IMG/VR virus record: IMGVR_UViG_3300021431_004509
Coordinates: 1 to 64,000 of that record
Direction: 5' to 3' (one strand)
Length of the DNA stretch: 64,000 bases
From: a virus
Lineage: Duplodnaviria; Caudoviricetes
Shown one piece after another: positions 8,701 through 18,110 of this stretch. The notes beneath the pieces were generated by a model. It ran no database searches and was not told where the DNA came from. It saw only the letters and a program-made list of their open reading frames with translations. Position 1 is the stretch's first letter. Each line of letters starts with the position of its first letter. The translations under genes were made by a program, and so were the position numbers.

Positions 8701-11700
8701 TAGAGGAAATGCGATCTGCGGAATAGATATAGGTCTCAGTATCATACATTTCGTCTGCTCCGCATTCCATGACATAGCTCTTATCTCTCTCACAGCGCTT
8801 GACTGTATCATAGGAGCCGTAGCGAATGCGTCCATAGATATGAGAATACGGAGTGATGGTGATGTCAGCAACATTGTAGCAGCGGAGGATGATCCGCTTG
8901 CTCGCCGCGTCGCCGCACTGGTACTTGGAGTCCCAGTACCCAAATGCGCCGTACAGCCACCAATCACGCTGCGAGGATTTATCTCCCTGCAGACGGTCAA
9001 GATAGTCCTCGCCGTTTACAAGATACGGTTGAATGTATTTCGTAAACGCGTCTTCATTCCACAGTGCTTCCGGCCACACGGACTGGTGGTCCGTAAATAG
9101 CTTTGCTACTCTGTAGTAGCTGAACGGCGACTCGTGTGAGGAATCGCCGTCGCTCATAGAACGGAGACTGACATACATCTCACGGATCTCATCTTGGAAC
9201 GCATCCCGGAAATTATTCCACAGCACGGAATTCTGCCCGGTGTACACGACGTCTCCGTCAACGATGTCCGTATCTTCAAGGTTATACTCATAAGCAAGTG
9301 AGCCCTCGTTGTTGATACCGAGACAAGAGTCGAAGTCGTAGGGGAGTGAGAACCAGTGTTCGCCGTCAAAGGTAGTCAGGAACATGTTCTTTGCGCGGTT
9401 GTCCATCAGCAGGAATGTAGATGTGAACACGTAATAGAAGAGCATGGCGCTGAGAACGAAGTGATCTTCAAACTCATCTCGGAACTTCTGTAACCTTGCG
9501 GCTTTATCTGATTCGCTGCTGACAGCGCCGCGATCCGTAGAAACGACCCATGCCGCCATACGTGCAAAATCGCCGATCTCCAAAGAATCATCAGGATAGC
9601 GTGCTTCAAAGTCGTTCTGCCACGCTTTGATCGGGTTGCCGTTTTTATCTACGCCGTCCGACGTAAAGTCTGCACTCTTAAACAGGCTGCGGTCTGACGT
9701 GTTGTTCAAGAATTCCCAGCTCTGCGCTTTCGGCCATGCGGTGGTAAGACCAAAGATGTTGTCATTACCTTTATCCACATTGCAGTTGCCTTTGCCGAGG
9801 AACTTCGTTGTATTGGTTGAGGTATCCGTCCAGAACAGAACGGCAGGGAACCCGTCGATGCCCTGACGAATCCTTGCGTCTGCCTCCTGCGGAGGCGTCT
9901 TGTAAACGCAGAGATCATTATAGAACTTTGCGAGTACGACGTTGTTCGCGTTTTCGCTAGAAGCAAAATCCGCCTTCCAACAAATCGTCTTAGTCGGGAG
10001 CTGCCCCTCGTGGATCGGGAACCCGACGTCTGTTACATACTCGCCGTCGTCATCTTTCCTGTTTGTATAAGTGATCCCTTTCTTCAACTTAAACTTCCAG
10101 TTCTTGATCGGGTATCCAGCCGATGACGTGCCCTGGATACCAATCTTAACGCCGTCTGCTGTCCATGACCGGTCCGGATGCAGCGGGTCAACGTAGTCGA
10201 TCTCCACTGTTGCGTCGTCGTCGTCCTTGGACTGCGGCAGCTGTGGCCCGCGAATCACAAAGTAGGGGATATCAGACGGAAGAGTGGCAATGGAGACTTC
10301 CTCATCCGCGTTTAATATGTTGTTGCGTTCATACGCATCCTCGCGCTCTGCAAGTGTCGGGCGATCGATGATAAAGTTGTCCAGCTGCTCGGTGCGTGTA
10401 AGCCCCTTTTTGTAGCAACGGATTCTGTAAAGGTCGATACCGCAGCTCTCCGCTCCTATGGTAATGCCAACGGGATTCTGCTGCTGGAAGTTATCATCTG
10501 CCTTGTACTGCGTCACGCCGCAGAGAATACCATTGATATAAGTATAAATAAACCGGTTCAGATTTCTGTCTTCCACCGAGAAGGCGATACGGATCTTGGT
10601 GTCTTCCTTAAACATGATGGAGATGCCTGCCTGCTCGGAGTTAATTCCCGCCTCCTGGCTCGCGATATGGAATCCACGTCCGTTGTCCAGGCAGGACATG
10701 ACAAGACTCTTGTAGTCGCGAACATCCTTCGTGGCAAGCTCAGTCTCAATGGTAAAGCCACCGACACGCGCATCGGACTCAAATGGGTAGAATGGGATAA
10801 ACATCGTATCCCCTGGGAGGAAGCGAAGCGTTGTAACACCGTCGCCATCAGGGAGCCAGCCATCCTTCCCGGCCCAGCCGAACCCGTCGAATGATGCGGT
10901 GATCCCTTCATATTCCCAATGCCCAGGGTGCTCTTCTCCGTTTGACCTTCCCTCAGCGTCAAACTTCAGCACCAACCGGTCAGTCACTTCCTGAACGGGG
11001 AATTCATTTGCGCCAACCTTGATCGGGAACTCGCACATCGCACTGCCGCAGGATAAACGAATACGGATGTCCCCGCTCGGGTATCTGGACAGGTTCCATG
11101 TGTGAGGAGTCCTGTCAACAGAAATAGTGTCCGTGGAATATATACTGTTATCTTTGTTGATAACAGTCAATGTGACAGACGCATTTTCCTGCATCGGGTC
11201 ATATACGATATACGGGATAGAAAGAATCTCTCCCTCTATCGCCTCCGATACATTGAACGTAGATGTAATAGCAGGTCTGAAGGAGGAACCACCGATCCAT
11301 AGCATGCCGTGCCGCAGCGTATCACTCGTAAGAACAAGTCCGTCGGCGTTTAGAGTAGCGTATACCTCAAATACATGTCCGCCGTATGACTGCTCCGGGA
11401 TTGAGAAACTCTGCGAACGATTGCTTGTTGTTACTTCGGAGCTGCCGATCTGCTTCCCATCCATAAGGAAATGGACAACTTTTGTCCCAGCGCCTGAAAC
11501 AGTATAAGAGTAGTCTACGCTTCCGCTATAGCTTGCAAGCTCGTTAAAGGTCGTACTCAGAGAGAGCACAACAACGGACACCGTGTACTTTATCTGCTTC
11601 GAGGAACTCTCTGAGTTCTCAACTTTGATGATAACTGTATTGCGATCGTTCCCAAGATAATCAGTAATATCAATACTGTTATCACCCTGTGCGATCCCAG

Positions 11701-12115
11701 TCCTGAGCTGGACGACACCGTTCACGCTGATCGTCCCGACGCCCGGCCCGTCGTCGATACCGTCCTCATCGACTGACGTATAGTTAAACCGTAAGATTGC
11801 CTTACCGCCTTTTGCGATCGCAATCTCACGGCTGTCCATTAAATTGATAAGCTTTTGTTTGTAGGTGTTTCCACCTGTTCCGCCGCCGCTTCCTCCGCCG
11901 GAACCCTCTACGAGGATGCCGTCGCCAAGGAGAACGCCGTCAAGAGTTGATATATATACGTATTTCGTCTCCTCGTCCTGGTACAATGTGAGGTCTGGCA
12001 TACGTATGTATTCCGTAATTATTTTGTTTTGTAAAGGGTTCGTTGATCTCTCGTCGAAGCTGGAATCAACTTCTGTCTTAACCGCGGCAATAATAGGATT
12101 GCCGATAATTGTCAT
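5606..12115 (-). CDS. 2169-aa giant tail/adhesin: Ig-like/LamG-like N-part, CotH-kinase-like domain, LRR, ~6 B-repeat-like units, LRR_5, DUF6273; DGR target 1
   Basis: 'KADFASSENANN', 'DNRAKNMFL', 'PYDFDSCLG' CotH-like motifs; repeats 'F.DWDGT.L...DPV..G.I..P....Y.GWD....I......TA.Y'; last ~300 aa paralogous to 3844..5415. Confidence 0.8.
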   Translation of the reverse strand: MTIIGNPIIAAVKTEVDSSFDERSTNPLQNKIITEYIRMPDLTLYQDEETKYVYISTLDGVLLGDGILVEGSGGGSGGGTGGNTYKQKLINLMDSREIAIAKGGKAILRFNYTSVDEDGIDDGPGVGTISVNGVVQLRTGIAQGDNSIDITDYLGNDRNTVIIKVENSESSSKQIKYTVSVVVLSLSTTFNELASYSGSVDYSYTVSGAGTKVVHFLMDGKQIGSSEVTTSNRSQSFSIPEQSYGGHVFEVYATLNADGLVLTSDTLRHGMLWIGGSSFRPAITSTFNVSEAIEGEILSIPYIVYDPMQENASVTLTVINKDNSIYSTDTISVDRTPHTWNLSRYPSGDIRIRLSCGSAMCEFPIKVGANEFPVQEVTDRLVLKFDAEGRSNGEEHPGHWEYEGITASFDGFGWAGKDGWLPDGDGVTTLRFLPGDTMFIPFYPFESDARVGGFTIETELATKDVRDYKSLVMSCLDNGRGFHIASQEAGINSEQAGISIMFKEDTKIRIAFSVEDRNLNRFIYTYINGILCGVTQYKADDNFQQQNPVGITIGAESCGIDLYRIRCYKKGLTRTEQLDNFIIDRPTLAEREDAYERNNILNADEEVSIATLPSDIPYFVIRGPQLPQSKDDDDATVEIDYVDPLHPDRSWTADGVKIGIQGTSSAGYPIKNWKFKLKKGITYTNRKDDDGEYVTDVGFPIHEGQLPTKTICWKADFASSENANNVVLAKFYNDLCVYKTPPQEADARIRQGIDGFPAVLFWTDTSTNTTKFLGKGNCNVDKGNDNIFGLTTAWPKAQSWEFLNNTSDRSLFKSADFTSDGVDKNGNPIKAWQNDFEARYPDDSLEIGDFARMAAWVVSTDRGAVSSESDKAARLQKFRDEFEDHFVLSAMLFYYVFTSTFLLMDNRAKNMFLTTFDGEHWFSLPYDFDSCLGINNEGSLAYEYNLEDTDIVDGDVVYTGQNSVLWNNFRDAFQDEIREMYVSLRSMSDGDSSHESPFSYYRVAKLFTDHQSVWPEALWNEDAFTKYIQPYLVNGEDYLDRLQGDKSSQRDWWLYGAFGYWDSKYQCGDAASKRIILRCYNVADITITPYSHIYGRIRYGSYDTVKRCERDKSYVMECGADEMYDTETYIYSADRISSIGDLSPLIVGEFNSAAATKLREIKLGDEDPNYENLRLGVKNSVTVGNNNLLESVNVANCKLFGTGTQKVLDLSGCSGLKEVIATGTQLRGISLPNGGHLETLKLPSTLTNFTVQNQADLTPPIFEGYGNLETLRVENTPNIPIETLITQNGNLNRLRLVNIDWTVSSAAVLQQIYDRLTAENAQGNRIIGGLDADGMNTPYAVVNGVVRVDETISAELLNGFTDNFPDLLVVANGEATCTIRFRDWDGTILDTQTCGLGGSVLDPVASGRIQTPVREAANRMFYTYAGWDKDLTNIQSNMIVTAVYRADPGYQVDFVNADADHTLLYSTLVHEGQNVIDPVASNLIDVPVKEIDEQYVYTYIGWDSSLFNITQDKIITARYATDPSIEVAFVNWDDTVLVRKYIASGMNVDDPVTAGDIEVPMRPADETNQTNYVYSGWDKALQGITENTTVKATYTTVQYYIIVFKNPDDAGGTVLYTERVNRGGNVVDPVVSGAIDTPVRASAPTYNYIYKGWDADMARNVKANITYTAEYKTDQQFAVTFKDWDGTRLDTQVVFDEADAVDPVTAGRIARPARGSTQQYSYTYDGWDGSFTFVKADTTITAKYTQIVRKYTYRFLNNDNSVLKSGTVDYGTTVTPPSNPSYAPENQDMVFNGWSPSNYVITANTDFIAQYLDTSSVVVKYLKGTLTEYNSDTASTVGAYAFYNYTALTSSETSATTIGASAFQGCTALEVVELTGTGATSIAASAFSGDTKLAHLIINSSTVATLADSNALAVTAIAAKNGAIYVPSALVESYKAATNWSTYASQIYPISAYPMTDFSTISDSWAEIFAAEDDGTYTTKYSVGDTKQLSVNGRIAYAQIAAIDTDTLSAGGTAKITWILLECLNTTHRMNATGTNANGWPVTEMRKWLRDTILPTLDETIRNNIKTVSKTSYDKTTGGDLTTDETIWLPSAREVFGGSSYEASGPIYSGLFTSTASTKFKTVNGYATTWWLRSATSKSNDIFRFVSSAGAVGGNYANITCGVAFGFCT

Positions 12116-12170
12116 GCTTCACTTCGCCTCCTTGTTAATCCGGCATCATTGAGGTCATGTCATGTCCTCC

Positions 12171-12917
12171 TTATATTTTCAGTGTGTCATAAACACACGC
12201 CTGTACCGTCAGCACCTGATCTGGCCTTCCGCCAATCGCGTAGGCAACCAATGTGCCTTCCTCGTTGATGACCATGATCTCGTCAGTTCTGCTGCCGAGC
12301 ATCGCTTCAATAACAGCTGGGTCTCCAACCAGGTCAACTTTCGTGTACTTGTTGACGTCATACCCAATGACATACACGGTTTGTCTATATGGACTTGATG
12401 CCCCGGACCAATCGTTTGACAGCGTAAGCGTCGCAACACTTTGCGATACGCCGCGCATTAATCCTTCAGCCTGCTTAATGCGGGCAGAAAATACACGGAA
12501 GTCATCTGAAGAGACGGCGAGATTGGTCGCGTTTGGGGAGCGCTTGACATCAATCATAAATGGGATCGTACTTAATATCTTCTCGTCTTTACACAGGCAA
12601 ATATCACATCTGCAGCATCCGCAAGCGGTTGAAACCTGTGCGACAAGCTCTACGAAAATATCCCCGTTACCGCGGTCTATAACAAGAAACCGGTCCAGCT
12701 CCTCGTCTTTATCTATACTACTGAGGATCACACCATGTCCATCCGGCTTCTCGCAGCGGAAAAGAATGTAAATATCATCGTCCGGTATAAACGCTTCCCC
12801 GTCTTTCTTCAGGTGGGCGATAATAGACCGCGTAGAAGCATCGCCCTGTTTGACGCTTATAATCGGAAGCTCCTTCCTTAAATCCAAATCCAGTGTTACT
12901 TCTTTGATATATTCCAA
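12171..12917 (-). CDS. BppU-family baseplate upper protein
   Basis: 'EVTLDL....VKQGD..TRSI...KPDG' BppU N-domain; probable TTG start. Confidence 0.75.
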   Translation of the reverse strand: MEYIKEVTLDLDLRKELPIISVKQGDASTRSIIAHLKKDGEAFIPDDDIYILFRCEKPDGHGVILSSIDKDEELDRFLVIDRGNGDIFVELVAQVSTACGCCRCDICLCKDEKILSTIPFMIDVKRSPNATNLAVSSDDFRVFSARIKQAEGLMRGVSQSVATLTLSNDWSGASSPYRQTVYVIGYDVNKYTKVDLVGDPAVIEAMLGSRTDEIMVINEEGTLVAYAIGGRPDQVLTVQACVYDTLKI

Positions 12918-12935
12918 TATTCCACCCACCTTCTG

Positions 12936-13292
12936 TTAATCTGTTGTAGCGTGATACGCACGTATATAAAAGGACTTGCTGCTCAGTACCATACCATCTT
13001 CGATGATACAGATATCGCAAAAGGATACGCCCTCCGCAGACGTGTCATCCCCGGTTAATTCAACTGTCACCTTGTTTCCGTTGACAGCGCATTCCTTTTC
13101 TGCATACACTCCATTTGCCTTTCTATAACGGAACAATACTCTTGCGCCGTCATTAATAAAGAACGGGTCTCCGTTGTCTGTGAGCGTTATCAAGATTTGT
13201 CTCGCGAGGCTATCGCCCTGCTTTATTTGCACAACCGTCGGGAGCTCTTCTGCGAGACTCATGTCTAGTGTGATTTCTCGTATATATTCCAA
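12936..13292 (-). CDS. BppU N-terminal-domain protein (paralog of the neighbour)
   Basis: 'EITLD...IKQGDSLARQI.ITL...G...V.V.LT'. Confidence 0.75.
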   Translation of the reverse strand: MEYIREITLDMSLAEELPTVVQIKQGDSLARQILITLTDNGDPFFINDGARVLFRYRKANGVYAEKECAVNGNKVTVELTGDDTSAEGVSFCDICIIEDGMVLSSKSFYIRAYHATTD

Positions 13293-13331
13293 ATAACCAC
13301 CTATTCTTCTATCAGTGAAAATCCAGATCTA

Positions 13332-14303
13332 CTACATCGCGGTTATATAATCAAGCCATGCATGAATCGTCATCTTCTCCATCTGCATGCCCTCGACTAC
13401 ACTCCTTGTTCTGACCTGATTTGATATTTGCATTTTGCTAACATTTGAGACAGCATCCCATAGGTCTTTATACTTACGGAACCATTCGGAGAATCTTCTC
13501 TCCGTCTCCTCACGGTACTCCTGATTCGCTTGGTCAATCCACTCCGGTTTGTTCATGGTGTAATAAGCATCAAAGATAGTCAGGCAGGTAAAGTATTCTG
13601 CTTTATCGTTCATACCGCGCCGCAAAAATTCTTCTACCAAGGCTTCCGTGCTGTCCAGCATATTGCGATATGTTTTTAAGATGTACTTTGGGTCGTGTCT
13701 GCACACGCTCTCATCACGCCAACGCCAGAGATAAAAAGGGGTCTGGCAGTATTTCGCGTTTTGTGTGCAGTTCTGTGCAAGGATATTAAAATAACTATCC
13801 TCATGGATAGTTAGATTGTCATTGAACCTTATGTTGTTTTCCAACAAATATTGCCTGCGATGTACCTTGCCATGTACAAATGTGCTGTCCATATCATGAT
13901 TGATATAGATGGGTTCCCTTGTTTGTGGATCTCGCGTCTCTTCCGTAAAAACGGAAACCATTGTGTCAAACCCAACACCCATCTCTCGGAAAAGAATCCA
14001 GAGCCCACACGCATTGTAAAACATGTCGTCGGCATCGCAGAACATAACGTAGTCAGCGATTGCATGATCTAAACATGCATTTCTTGTCGCACTGACTCCG
14101 CGGTGTTTCTCTTTGTAATACTCAATCTTATACGGGTAGCTTTCCAGAAAGCCCTCACTTAAATAAACATCTGACCCATCATTGCATATGATGACTCCGA
14201 TTTCATTGAAGTCAATATTCTGCTGTATAGCGATACTATCAAGCAATGGCTTAATGGTATCTTCCGATTCATTATACTGTGGGACTAGAATTTGTAATTT
14301 CAT
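13332..14303 (-). CDS. GT2-family glycosyltransferase
   Basis: 'ILVPQYN', 'NDGS', 'GVSATRN', 'FCDADD' (DxD), 'HEDSYF'; AAAGGA SD before ATG at 14303. Confidence 0.9.
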   Translation of the reverse strand: MKLQILVPQYNESEDTIKPLLDSIAIQQNIDFNEIGVIICNDGSDVYLSEGFLESYPYKIEYYKEKHRGVSATRNACLDHAIADYVMFCDADDMFYNACGLWILFREMGVGFDTMVSVFTEETRDPQTREPIYINHDMDSTFVHGKVHRRQYLLENNIRFNDNLTIHEDSYFNILAQNCTQNAKYCQTPFYLWRWRDESVCRHDPKYILKTYRNMLDSTEALVEEFLRRGMNDKAEYFTCLTIFDAYYTMNKPEWIDQANQEYREETERRFSEWFRKYKDLWDAVSNVSKMQISNQVRTRSVVEGMQMEKMTIHAWLDYITAM

Positions 14304-14321
14304 CGTATTTCCTTTCAATCG

Positions 14322-14358
14322 TATCGGAAGCGTCAACAGTTAATTGGCGCTTCCGATA
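14322..14358. other. Intergenic hairpin
   Basis: TATCGGAAGCG...CGCTTCCGATA between the fibre and glycosyltransferase genes. Confidence 0.5.
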
Positions 14359-14365
14359 ATCCCAT

Positions 14366-17300
14366 TTATCCATTCAACAGCGCTAACAGTTGCTTCAACT
14401 GTGCTGCAGTAATAGTAACTTCATCCTCGGTCCCACCACCAAGCGTGATCGACCCGGCGAGCCATTCGTTACCGGACCAATCCAGGGTCCTCGCATTAGA
14501 CCTGTTATTGGTGCCTTCGCCATTACCAGCGATTTCGATATATGTGCCGTTATTCATGGCATTCTCTTCCGATGGATCTGCAACGTTATAACGACCAAAT
14601 GCATGCTGATTGGCATGATTCGCAATTGTTCCGAAGCCTTCGGCGTGAGACTGAGCACCGGAAGCTTGAGATTCTTTACCTTCGGCATGTGAATTCAGCC
14701 CAGATGCGGTGGTACTATAACATTCGGCGTGAGAACTAAACCCAGATGCGATGGTACTATAACCTTCGGCGTGAGCGTATTCGGCATCGGCAGTTGTACT
14801 ACCGCCCTCAGCATGAGAATTTGATTGTTTCGCGCTAGTCTCCCTGCCTTCTGCGTGAGAGTAATCCCCGGATGCGGTTGTACCACCGCCCTCAGCATGA
14901 GAACTCCGCCCAGACGCGGTTACCCCTGAGTTCTCGATAGTTGCATTAGCACCAGTGCCAGCCCTAATTGCAGGTTTGTTCTTGATGGACCCAGCGGTAC
15001 CTTCTCCCGCATTCCAGTTGGTACCGTCGATGATATTTTTCATTTTTGCAGCAGTAATCTCTGTCTCATTTATAGTCCCACTACCGACTGTAAGCGAACC
15101 GGAGAGCTTTTCATTACCGGACCAATCAAGGGTGCGGGCGTTGGATCTACTTTTATCCGTATCACCATTGCCGACGATTTCGATATAAGTACCCTTTTTA
15201 TCGGTAGTTTCGCTCGAAGGATCAGCAACGTTATAACAACCAAATGCATGCTGATTGGCATGATTCGCAATTGTTCCGCTGCCTTCTGCGTGAGAGAAAT
15301 TCCCGGATGCAGTTGTACCACTGCCTTCGGCATGCGAAGCAACTCCAGTAGCTCTTGCAGCGCCACCTTCGGCGTGCGAACAATCCCCGAGTGCCGCCGT
15401 ACCATTGCCTTCTGCATGCGAACCAGACCCGGATGCGTTCGTGCCACCACCTTCAGCATGAGAATTACTTCCAGACGCGGTGGTGCCGCCACCCTCCGTA
15501 TGTGATTGAGAACCGGAAGCAGTTGTGCCACTGCCTTCAGCATGCGAAGCATATCCAGTAGCTCTTGCACCGCTACCTTCGGCATGAGCGCATTCGGCAT
15601 CGGCAGTCGTACCGCCACCTTCGGCATGAGATTTTGATTGTTTCGCTTTAGTCTCACTACCTTCTGCGTGAGAGTAATCGCCGGTCGCCTGAGAACTAGC
15701 GCCTTCGGCGTGCGAACAAGTCCCTAATGCCAACGTACTACCGCCTTCGGCGTGAGAGTTACCGCCGACCGCCTGAGAACCACTGCCTTCCGCATGCGAA
15801 CAAGACCCTACTGCTTTTGTGCCAGCGCCTTCGGCATGTGAATTACTTTCAGACGCGGTGGTACCACCACCTTCAGCATGAGAATTATCCCCAGACGCGG
15901 TGGTGCCGCCACCCTCAGCATGCGATTGAGCACCGGAAGCAGTTGCCGCTGAGTTCTCGATAGTTGCATTAATACCAGTGCCAGCCCTAATTGCCGGCTT
16001 GTTCTTGACGAATCCAGCTGCACTTTCTCCCGCATTCCAGTTGGTACCGTCAATGATATTTTTCATTTTTGCGGCAGTAATCTCTGTCTCATCTATGGTC
16101 CCACCACCGATTGTAAGCGAACCGGCTAGCCATTCATTGCCAGACCAGTCAAGGGTGCGGGCGTTGGATCTACTTGTATCCTTATCGCCATTGCCGACGA
16201 TTTCGATGTAAGTACCAGCAACAACACCATCGGCATTAGAAGGGTCCGAAATATTGTAGCTGCCAAATACATGTTGACTTCTATTGCTTGCGATTGTTCC
16301 CTCTCCTTCGGAATGCGACGCCTCTCCAATAGCCTGTGCCCGAATACCTTCCGAATGCGATGCGTACGCACCTGAGGTGGTATAATCTCCTTCAGCATGA
16401 GAAGCATGTCCAGACGCAGTCGTATAATTACCTTCGGAATGAGAACAATCATTAGTAGCCTTTGTGTTATTGCCTTCTGCATGAGAGTTATTACTAGATG
16501 CAGTCGTAGAACTTCCTTCGGCATGGGAAGAAACGCCTGTTGATTTCGAACTCGCCCCTTCTGCATGACTGTAATCACCAATGGCATTTGTACGGTTTCC
16601 TTCGGCGTGCGATGTATTGCCGCTCGCGACTGAAGCATTCCCCTCCGCATGGGACATATTTCCCTCTGCTATGGTTCCGTTTCCCTCCGCAAAAGAGTCG
16701 TATCCTTTCGCTTCACTGTCATATCCAACAGCAAATGAGTATGCCCCTGTCGCCTCATTATGAAACTGCTGCACAGCATCGGACCCTTCGCCTGCGCAAA
16801 GGTGTGGAGGAGCAATTATAGTACCGTTGGTTTCCTTCCATGGGCTGTTCAGAATTCTTCCAGGATCGTCCTCCGCGGCTATCATATCCGGCTGCGCTCC
16901 GCTGCTGCCGCCATCCAAAATTTCTTTCAGCTTTTCTGCAGTCAACTCAGTTTCATTGTCAGACCCTGCGCCAAGCGTGATCGACCCGGCGAGCTTTTCG
17001 TTACCGGACCAATCGAGGGTCCTCGCATTCGATCTCGTCTCTGTGTCCGTATCCGCGTCATAAGAACCGTTGCCGACGATTTCGATATAGTCTCCGCGCT
17101 CATTTACACCGGCGTCTGACGCGTCTGCTTCGTTGTACTCACCGAACACATGCTGCACTGCATGGTTTGCAATGGTCTGGTTACCCTCTGCGTGAGAGCT
17201 CGCCCCAGACGCAACGGTTCCGCTTCCCTCGGCGTGAGCCTGTGTACCACTTGCATTGGTGTTGTATCCCTCGGCATGAGAATACTGACCGCCAGCAGTT

Positions 17301-17608
17301 GTAGCCCCGCCTTCCGCGTGGGCGTATGCTGCGTTGGCATTTGTGAATGCACCTTCTGCATGAGAAAAATCACCATTTGCATTTGTGCGGTTTCCCTCCG
17401 CATGTGAATAATCTCCACCTGCGGACTGCGCGTTCCCCTCTAAAACAGAACGGTATCCTTCGCCTGTATCAACGGCCGGCTTGTTGTCGATAAAACCGTC
17501 TTCGCTTTCTTTCGCGGCCCAGTCTGCGCCGCCTCCGCCGTTTTCGTCCATGAGCGCCTTGATCAGTGCGATGGTTCTTCCGGCGGTATCTCTCCTCATG
17601 TTATCCAT
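14366..17608 (-). CDS. YadA/Hep-Hag head-repeat tail fibre
   Basis: Dozens of 14-aa 'SHAEG..T.A.G..' repeats in four blocks, each closed by 'YIEIVGNG...RSNARTLDWSGNE'. Confidence 0.85.
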   Translation of the reverse strand: MDNMRRDTAGRTIALIKALMDENGGGGADWAAKESEDGFIDNKPAVDTGEGYRSVLEGNAQSAGGDYSHAEGNRTNANGDFSHAEGAFTNANAAYAHAEGGATTAGGQYSHAEGYNTNASGTQAHAEGSGTVASGASSHAEGNQTIANHAVQHVFGEYNEADASDAGVNERGDYIEIVGNGSYDADTDTETRSNARTLDWSGNEKLAGSITLGAGSDNETELTAEKLKEILDGGSSGAQPDMIAAEDDPGRILNSPWKETNGTIIAPPHLCAGEGSDAVQQFHNEATGAYSFAVGYDSEAKGYDSFAEGNGTIAEGNMSHAEGNASVASGNTSHAEGNRTNAIGDYSHAEGASSKSTGVSSHAEGSSTTASSNNSHAEGNNTKATNDCSHSEGNYTTASGHASHAEGDYTTSGAYASHSEGIRAQAIGEASHSEGEGTIASNRSQHVFGSYNISDPSNADGVVAGTYIEIVGNGDKDTSRSNARTLDWSGNEWLAGSLTIGGGTIDETEITAAKMKNIIDGTNWNAGESAAGFVKNKPAIRAGTGINATIENSAATASGAQSHAEGGGTTASGDNSHAEGGGTTASESNSHAEGAGTKAVGSCSHAEGSGSQAVGGNSHAEGGSTLALGTCSHAEGASSQATGDYSHAEGSETKAKQSKSHAEGGGTTADAECAHAEGSGARATGYASHAEGSGTTASGSQSHTEGGGTTASGSNSHAEGGGTNASGSGSHAEGNGTAALGDCSHAEGGAARATGVASHAEGSGTTASGNFSHAEGSGTIANHANQHAFGCYNVADPSSETTDKKGTYIEIVGNGDTDKSRSNARTLDWSGNEKLSGSLTVGSGTINETEITAAKMKNIIDGTNWNAGEGTAGSIKNKPAIRAGTGANATIENSGVTASGRSSHAEGGGTTASGDYSHAEGRETSAKQSNSHAEGGSTTADAEYAHAEGYSTIASGFSSHAECYSTTASGLNSHAEGKESQASGAQSHAEGFGTIANHANQHAFGRYNVADPSEENAMNNGTYIEIAGNGEGTNNRSNARTLDWSGNEWLAGSITLGGGTEDEVTITAAQLKQLLALLNG

Positions 17609-17610
17609 CG

Positions 17611-17802
17611 TTAAATCTCCTTCCACTCATGACTTGCGTTCAGCATATATACCACTGTGTCCTTGAGCGGGACGATGGCAATGCTGCCAGGGGCGTAATC
17701 TGTTGAAAGGTCTGCAAGATCAGACTTGCTGTCAAGCACAATCTCAACGTAGTACTTCCCGGGTACCGGCGCGTAATATGAATTTACAATACTGTAAGCC
17801 AT
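17611..17802 (-). CDS. Small tail-associated protein
   Basis: 'DL......APGS.A.......YMLN....W..I'; strong SD. Confidence 0.65.
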   Translation of the reverse strand: MAYSIVNSYYAPVPGKYYVEIVLDSKSDLADLSTDYAPGSIAIVPLKDTVVYMLNASHEWKEI

Positions 17803-17861
17803 TTCGTCTTCCTTTCCCGCAGCCGCTTTTCACGGCTGCGTTTTGTTTTCTGAAATTGCAT

Positions 17862-17892
17862 AAGAAAAAGAGCCCGCCGAAAGGCAGCCTCC
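17862..17892 (-). terminator. Rho-independent terminator
   Basis: Minus strand GGAGGCTGCC-TTTC-GGCGGGCTC-TTTTTCTT. Confidence 0.7.
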
Positions 17893-17901
17893 ATAAAATG
17901 A

Positions 17902-18090
17902 TTACTTGAAATACGCTATGACGTTTGGGATGATCTGCGCCAGCCATAGCGCCTCGATAAATGTTCCCCAGCTCAGCGCAAGCATCCAGATAAGCCTCTT
18001 GGCGATACTGCCAAAAGCCGGACTGCGATCCGCACAATAGACAATAAAGAGCAGGAAAACAAAATTTGAAATGTAGTCAATTGGGAACAT
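17902..18090 (-). CDS. Small two-TM membrane protein
   Basis: MFPIDYISNFVFLLFIVY...LIWMLALSWGTFIEALWLAQII; GGGGG SD-like run. Confidence 0.45.
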   Translation of the reverse strand: MFPIDYISNFVFLLFIVYCADRSPAFGSIAKRLIWMLALSWGTFIEALWLAQIIPNVIAYFK

Positions 18091-18110
18091 ACAACACCCC
18101 CAGCTTTCAC

